Virus record (IMG/VR): IMGVR_UViG_3300032296_004100
Length of the DNA stretch: 64,000 bases
Source: an uncultured virus (IMG/VR IMGVR_UViG_3300032296_004100)
Taxonomy: Duplodnaviria > Heunggongvirae > Uroviricota > Caudoviricetes
Reading direction: 5' to 3' (one strand)
Position numbers and translations under genes: made by a program. The notes below the pieces were generated by a model. That model did no database searches and was not told the origin of the DNA. It saw only the letters and a program-made list of their open reading frames with translations. Shown in pieces: positions 59,711-64,000 of this stretch (positions are counted from its first letter, which is position 1; the number at the start of each line of letters is the position of its first letter).

Positions 59711-61711
59711 ATGAACGACACATTAGGCGACGACGATAAGACACTCTCAAGGAAGAAACCTACCTCCGAATCGGGTACTCCCGTATTGGATAACTTTTCT
59801 CGTGACTTGAACAAATTGGCAGAACAAGGAAAACTTGACCCAGTGATAGGTCGGGAGAAAGAGATTATTCGCATTGCTCAAATCCTTTCCCGTAGAAAGA
59901 AGAACAACCCTATTATCTTGGGGGAGCCAGGCTCAGGTAAAACCGCTTTGATTGAGGGATTGGCGTCTCTTATTATAAATGGAGAATGTCCCAAAAATCT
60001 TCTTGACAAGCGTATTGTCAATTTAGACCTCACCGCTGTGGTGGCAGGGACAAAGTATCGTGGTCAGTTCGAGGAGCGACTAAAGGTTATCCTTGAGGAA
60101 CTCTCCAACAATCCCAACATCATTGTCTTTATCGATGAGATACACACATTGATTGGTTCAGGTAACTCAACAGGTAGTTTAGACGGTTCAAACATCTTTA
60201 AACCCGCACTTGCTCGTGGAGAAATTCAATGTATCGGTGCCACTACCTTGGATGAGTATCGTAAGTCGTTTGAAAAAGACGGGGCTTTGGAGCGTAGATT
60301 CCAAAAGGTAATTGTAGACCCCTCATCAGTTGAGGAGACCATCCAAATTCTCACTCACATTAAAGACCGATACGAATCGTTCCACAAAGTGGCATACTCT
60401 CAAGAAGTAATCGAACTTTGCGTGAAGCTCGCAGACCGATATATCACCGACCGTGAGTTCCCCGACAAAGCCTTTGACATTTTGGATGAAGTTGGTGCTC
60501 GTAGTCAAACCGAGCAAAAGATTCCTGAAGTAATTGAAGAACTAAAACTCAAGGCTTCGGAAATCAAACAACAAAAGATGGATGTTGTAAAGAAACAGAA
60601 CTACGAAGAAGCGGCAGCACTAAGGGACAAGGAGCGTAAAATCCTTGCCAAACTCGAAGAGGAAAAGCGGAAATACGCGGAAGAATCCTCAACAACTCGT
60701 ATTCCTATCTCCGTGGAACAAGTCTACGATGTTGTTTCCAATATGACCAAAATTCCTGTGAGTAAAATGTCAGTTGACGATATTAACGCTCTTATTAATA
60801 TGGACAAAACCCTTATGGAAAAGGTAATTGGTCAAGACGATGCGGTGTCTAAGATTGTCAAATCAATCCGTCGTAACCGAATCGGAATCAAAGACCCTAA
60901 CCGTCCTATTGGTTCATTTATCTTCTTAGGTTCAACAGGTGTGGGTAAGACCCACTTGGCAAAACAGATTGCTAAGGAGATGTTCGGGTCAGAGGATGCG
61001 TTGATTCGAGTCGACATGAGTGAATATCAAGAGAAGCACACACTGTCTCGTTTAGTGGGAGCACCCCCAGGATATGTCGGTTACGAAGAAGGTGGACAGC
61101 TCACCGAACAGGTGAAAAACAAACCATATGCGGTTATCCTATTCGATGAGGTTGAGAAAGCCCACAAGGACATTTTCTCCATTCTCCTTCAAATTCTTGA
61201 CGATGGTCACGCAACCGATTCACTCGGTCGCAAAATCAACTTCAAGAACACCCTTATCATCATGACCACCAACCTCGGAGTCAAGAAACTTCAAGACTTT
61301 GGAGCTGGTATCGGGTTCTCCTCTAACAAGTACTCAAACGAGGAGGCTAAAAAACAAATCTTGATGAAGGAAATGAAGAACTTCTTTTCCCCCGAGTTCC
61401 TAAACCGTATCGATGACACCATTGTGTTCCAAACACTCACAAAGGAGAACATCGAGAAGATTGTAGGACTAGAACTTAGTAAACTCTCCAAGCGACTAGG
61501 TCACATGAAGTACAAAGTGGTGATGGACCCCACCCTCACAGAGTACATTGCAAAAGTCGGTTTCGATGATGAATACGGAGCTCGTCCAGTAAAACGAGCC
61601 ATCCAAGACAAAATCGAAGATTACCTATCGGAACTTATCTTAATAGGTAAACTTAAAGAAAACCGAAAATACACCTTAAAGGTGGTAAATGAAGAGGTGA
61701 AAATCTCTTAA
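59711..61711 (+). CDS. clpC: ClpC-like Hsp100 AAA+ ATPase lacking the N-terminal Clp-repeat domain
   Basis: LDPVIGR, GEPGSGKT, FIDEIH, UVR middle domain (QNYEEAAALRD), GSTGVGKT, LFDEVEKAH, IGF ClpP-docking loop and GARP. Confidence 0.9.
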   Translation: MNDTLGDDDKTLSRKKPTSESGTPVLDNFSRDLNKLAEQGKLDPVIGREKEIIRIAQILSRRKKNNPIILGEPGSGKTALIEGLASLIINGECPKNLLDKRIVNLDLTAVVAGTKYRGQFEERLKVILEELSNNPNIIVFIDEIHTLIGSGNSTGSLDGSNIFKPALARGEIQCIGATTLDEYRKSFEKDGALERRFQKVIVDPSSVEETIQILTHIKDRYESFHKVAYSQEVIELCVKLADRYITDREFPDKAFDILDEVGARSQTEQKIPEVIEELKLKASEIKQQKMDVVKKQNYEEAAALRDKERKILAKLEEEKRKYAEESSTTRIPISVEQVYDVVSNMTKIPVSKMSVDDINALINMDKTLMEKVIGQDDAVSKIVKSIRRNRIGIKDPNRPIGSFIFLGSTGVGKTHLAKQIAKEMFGSEDALIRVDMSEYQEKHTLSRLVGAPPGYVGYEEGGQLTEQVKNKPYAVILFDEVEKAHKDIFSILLQILDDGHATDSLGRKINFKNTLIIMTTNLGVKKLQDFGAGIGFSSNKYSNEEAKKQILMKEMKNFFSPEFLNRIDDTIVFQTLTKENIEKIVGLELSKLSKRLGHMKYKVVMDPTLTEYIAKVGFDDEYGARPVKRAIQDKIEDYLSELILIGKLKENRKYTLKVVNEEVKIS

Positions 61712-61716
61712 CATAG

Positions 61717-61743
61717 AAGGGGGGACGAAAGTCCCCCTTTTTT
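61717..61743 (+). terminator. Intrinsic terminator after clpC
   Basis: GGGGGAC-GAAA-GTCCCCC followed by a T-tract. Confidence 0.9.
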
Positions 61744-61770
61744 ATTTATACAGAATTGTATTTATAACAT

Positions 61771-62460
61771 ATGAGGGACATTATAATCAAGATATTAAAA
61801 GAAGAAGTTAGTAAAGGTAAGGTTACTTGTGACAATTGTGGTTGGTCTTGGAAACTATCCGAGGGGGGTCATGACCCATATATTTGTCATCAGTGTAACC
61901 ACAACAACGAACCCAAAAATTTAAAAGAATCTTACAAACACCCCAATCAAGAAAGTTTCGACAAATACTTTCTTTTAGTAAAAAAATATTGGGATAAAGT
62001 TGGTCTCTCTCGGAAATCGGAAAAAATGGCTGGTAAATATATTTTAGATTCTTCACTAACATTTCCTTTTGCCATAAAGTATCTTGGTGGTACCAAAAAA
62101 TTTATAAAAGAAATATCAGATAAAATTCAAAATCAAGTTTTTGATTGTAAAGAATGTGGGGGATATAATTTCAAGTATTATGTTGATGAGTTTGATGTGG
62201 AAAGAAACTATAATTTTCACGAAATTAATGTTTCGGTAGTTGTTGATACCTCAATATCAGGTAGAACTTACAGCTCCGAAGATTTCAGTTTTACAAATGT
62301 AGATTACCAATTATTGTCAAACTTAGAAGGTTCTGAATTTTATGATGAGGTAATCCAAGAACTCAAGGCAATAATTAGTGAAGAATTAGAAAAAAAGATA
62401 GATGCACCGTTTGAACTTTGGGCTGACATTGTACAATTAGATTTTAAAACTTTTAATTAG
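61771..62460 (+). CDS. Hypothetical protein with an N-terminal Zn-ribbon
   Basis: MRDIIIKILKEE, then CDNCGWSW...PYICHQC; two TATTTATA copies upstream. Confidence 0.6.
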   Translation: MRDIIIKILKEEVSKGKVTCDNCGWSWKLSEGGHDPYICHQCNHNNEPKNLKESYKHPNQESFDKYFLLVKKYWDKVGLSRKSEKMAGKYILDSSLTFPFAIKYLGGTKKFIKEISDKIQNQVFDCKECGGYNFKYYVDEFDVERNYNFHEINVSVVVDTSISGRTYSSEDFSFTNVDYQLLSNLEGSEFYDEVIQELKAIISEELEKKIDAPFELWADIVQLDFKTFN

Positions 62461-63284
62461 AACACCCAAGAATTGGTTTGAGGTTTCAAATCTTTTTGAT
62501 GTTTACGATATCCCAATTTTTCAATCATTTTTTTACCCATCTCAATTCCATTGAAAACATCTTCGATTACAACATATTCGTAGGGGGTGTGGTAGTCGTA
62601 GTACCCAATAGAGAAATTAATACAGGAGATGTCAAATTTACCCCGTAAAGCCCATACATCTGTATAGGGGTGAACCATATACTCTAAGTCTTCACCAATA
62701 CCTTCAGTCAAGATGGTATTACAAACATCAAAGAATTCAGAATCACGGTTGAACAATTGCTGACCCCAACAGTATTCAGTCACCATCCAATTTTCGGGAG
62801 CATCGAACTGAATACCATATCCAACATTTTCAAAGAACTCGGGACTAGCTTTTTTTGAACCATGACAACCGGTTTCTTCAGAAACAAAAAATGCCGCTTT
62901 CAGATTCGGTAGTTCCTCCAATAATTCCAAACAAGCAAAAACACCAGCTTTGTCATCACCCCCAATTCCTGTGGGCTGGTCATGGTCGTTGTAAGCTTTA
63001 AGAGAAGGGCGTTGCTCTCCTTGAGCATTTACCAAAAATTCCTCACGGATATTAATTGGTCCCAACCCATGTACGGTGTCGGTATGAGAAATCACACAAG
63101 GGAAATATTCAATATTCTCATCAGTTTGTTTAGTTGCATAAACATTTAGATGTTCATCAACAAAATATGGGATTTGTTTTTCCTTTAGCCACTCACAAAT
63201 AAACTCTACCATCATACCTTCTCGGTGTGTTGCGGTTGGAACGGATAAGACTTTCTTTAAGAATTCAATTTTACTGTGAGTCAT
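62457..63284 (-). CDS. M20/M28-like Zn metallopeptidase
   Basis: SHTDTVH, GGDDKAGV, EETGC.GS, QFD and YHT..E; the start at 63284 is supported by the promoter just upstream. Confidence 0.8.
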   Translation of the reverse strand: MTHSKIEFLKKVLSVPTATHREGMMVEFICEWLKEKQIPYFVDEHLNVYATKQTDENIEYFPCVISHTDTVHGLGPINIREEFLVNAQGEQRPSLKAYNDHDQPTGIGGDDKAGVFACLELLEELPNLKAAFFVSEETGCHGSKKASPEFFENVGYGIQFDAPENWMVTEYCWGQQLFNRDSEFFDVCNTILTEGIGEDLEYMVHPYTDVWALRGKFDISCINFSIGYYDYHTPYEYVVIEDVFNGIEMGKKMIEKLGYRKHQKDLKPQTNSWVF

Positions 63285-63999
63285 GAGATAATATTTTACC
63301 CAAAGATAGTAAAATATTCCTTGATTCCAAAGTGAGCTCATAATTGTAATACCAAGTGTAAAAATTCTCAGGAGATATTTTCATCTCTTTCGTATTACTT
63401 GACCATCTACCAAGAGGGATATTCTCATAACCACCGTCCGAATAATTTTGAACAAAAAGATTGAGCTTGTTAGAGGGGGGGTCATAATTGGAAATCATAA
63501 ATTTCAATTTCTTCTGAGGAACATCAATGTCTTTTTTGACCCCAAACTCTTTGAATATTTTTGTCAACAACTTAGTTTCCTTGGGTGTAATCTCCCCCTG
63601 AATCTTCTCAACCAAATCTTCCATAATCCGATTAGTTTCAGACACATACATTGGATTAGTTAAGTATTCATTGATTTCTAAGTTCCACTTATCTTCATTC
63701 CAACCTCCGAAATTATTACCACGAACCATTCCTCTGATTGCCGAATGGATACTATCCAAATCTGAAAACCCACCTTCTTTATTGGGATACATTTTCATTA
63801 AATAATAGAGATTCCCTGCCGGTATTGATACATTGAATGAATCACTATATCCCTCAACAAGTTGAATATCCACCCTATAAGGACTTAACACCTCTTTTAA
63901 CTCCTCAGAGATAAGACCCCTCATTTTTTCTGTGAACTCTTCATTTTCATATTCATAATTAACATCAAAAATTTCATTGATTTCACTTCGATACCCCTT
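63271..63999 (-). CDS. Hypothetical protein (5' end outside the window)
   Basis: The frame stays open upstream of 63924 to the window edge (KGYRSEINEIFDVNYEYENEEFTEKM...). Confidence 0.6.
   Translation of the reverse strand, partial: KGYRSEINEIFDVNYEYENEEFTEKMRGLISEELKEVLSPYRVDIQLVEGYSDSFNVSIPAGNLYYLMKMYPNKEGGFSDLDSIHSAIRGMVRGNNFGGWNEDKWNLEINEYLTNPMYVSETNRIMEDLVEKIQGEITPKETKLLTKIFKEFGVKKDIDVPQKKLKFMISNYDPPSNKLNLFVQNYSDGGYENIPLGRWSSNTKEMKISPENFYTWYYNYELTLESRNILLSLGKILSHDSQ
63301..63331 (-). promoter_or_regulatory. Perfect Bacteroidota sigma70-type promoter
   Basis: Minus strand TTTG-N19-TATCTTTG, ending 16 nt upstream of the ATG at 63284. Confidence 0.75.
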
Positions 64000-64000
64000 T

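Noticed and set aside
1..64000. Alternative genetic code (stop-codon reassignment)
   Set aside because: Core genes are full length in code 11, and TAA, TAG and TGA all occur as stops at tight gene junctions.

Overview
The window is part of a large, AT-rich T4-like (myovirus-type) phage genome, read in the standard genetic code. The host is most likely Bacteroidota: it encodes a Bacteroidota-type bS21 and a DUF4494-like protein, has a perfect TTTG-N19-TAnnTTTG promoter, and lacks obvious Shine-Dalgarno motifs. Layout: (1) 1-4.2 kb, a glycosyltransferase operon (HtrL-like x2, GT25, GT60-like); (2) 4.3-16 kb, Thr/Pro-rich mucin-like putative virion fibre/decoration proteins; (3) 16-18.6 kb, hypothetical proteins plus a WYL protein; (4) 18.7-34.8 kb, a large glycan cluster (GT2/GT4/GT10/GT11, three methyltransferases, GDP-mannose 3,5-epimerase, HAD-nucleotidyltransferase) mixed with an exonuclease, dUTPase and PhoH; (5) 34.8-43.7 kb, a gp55-like sigma factor, a gp5-like baseplate protein and structural/hypothetical genes; (6) 43.7-58 kb, the head module (MCP, scaffold, protease, bS21, portal, TerL); (7) 58-64 kb, an NTase, KTSC, a UVR protein divergent from an N-domain-less ClpC, and a peptidase. 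The best candidate novel system is a phage-encoded mucin-type virion O-glycosylation pathway with a possible [ST]-G-x-T sequon. Also notable are a TATTTAT(A) late-promoter motif and a sigma54-like promoter on the UVR/ClpC pair. All family calls are from motifs recognised by eye, and counts are manual.
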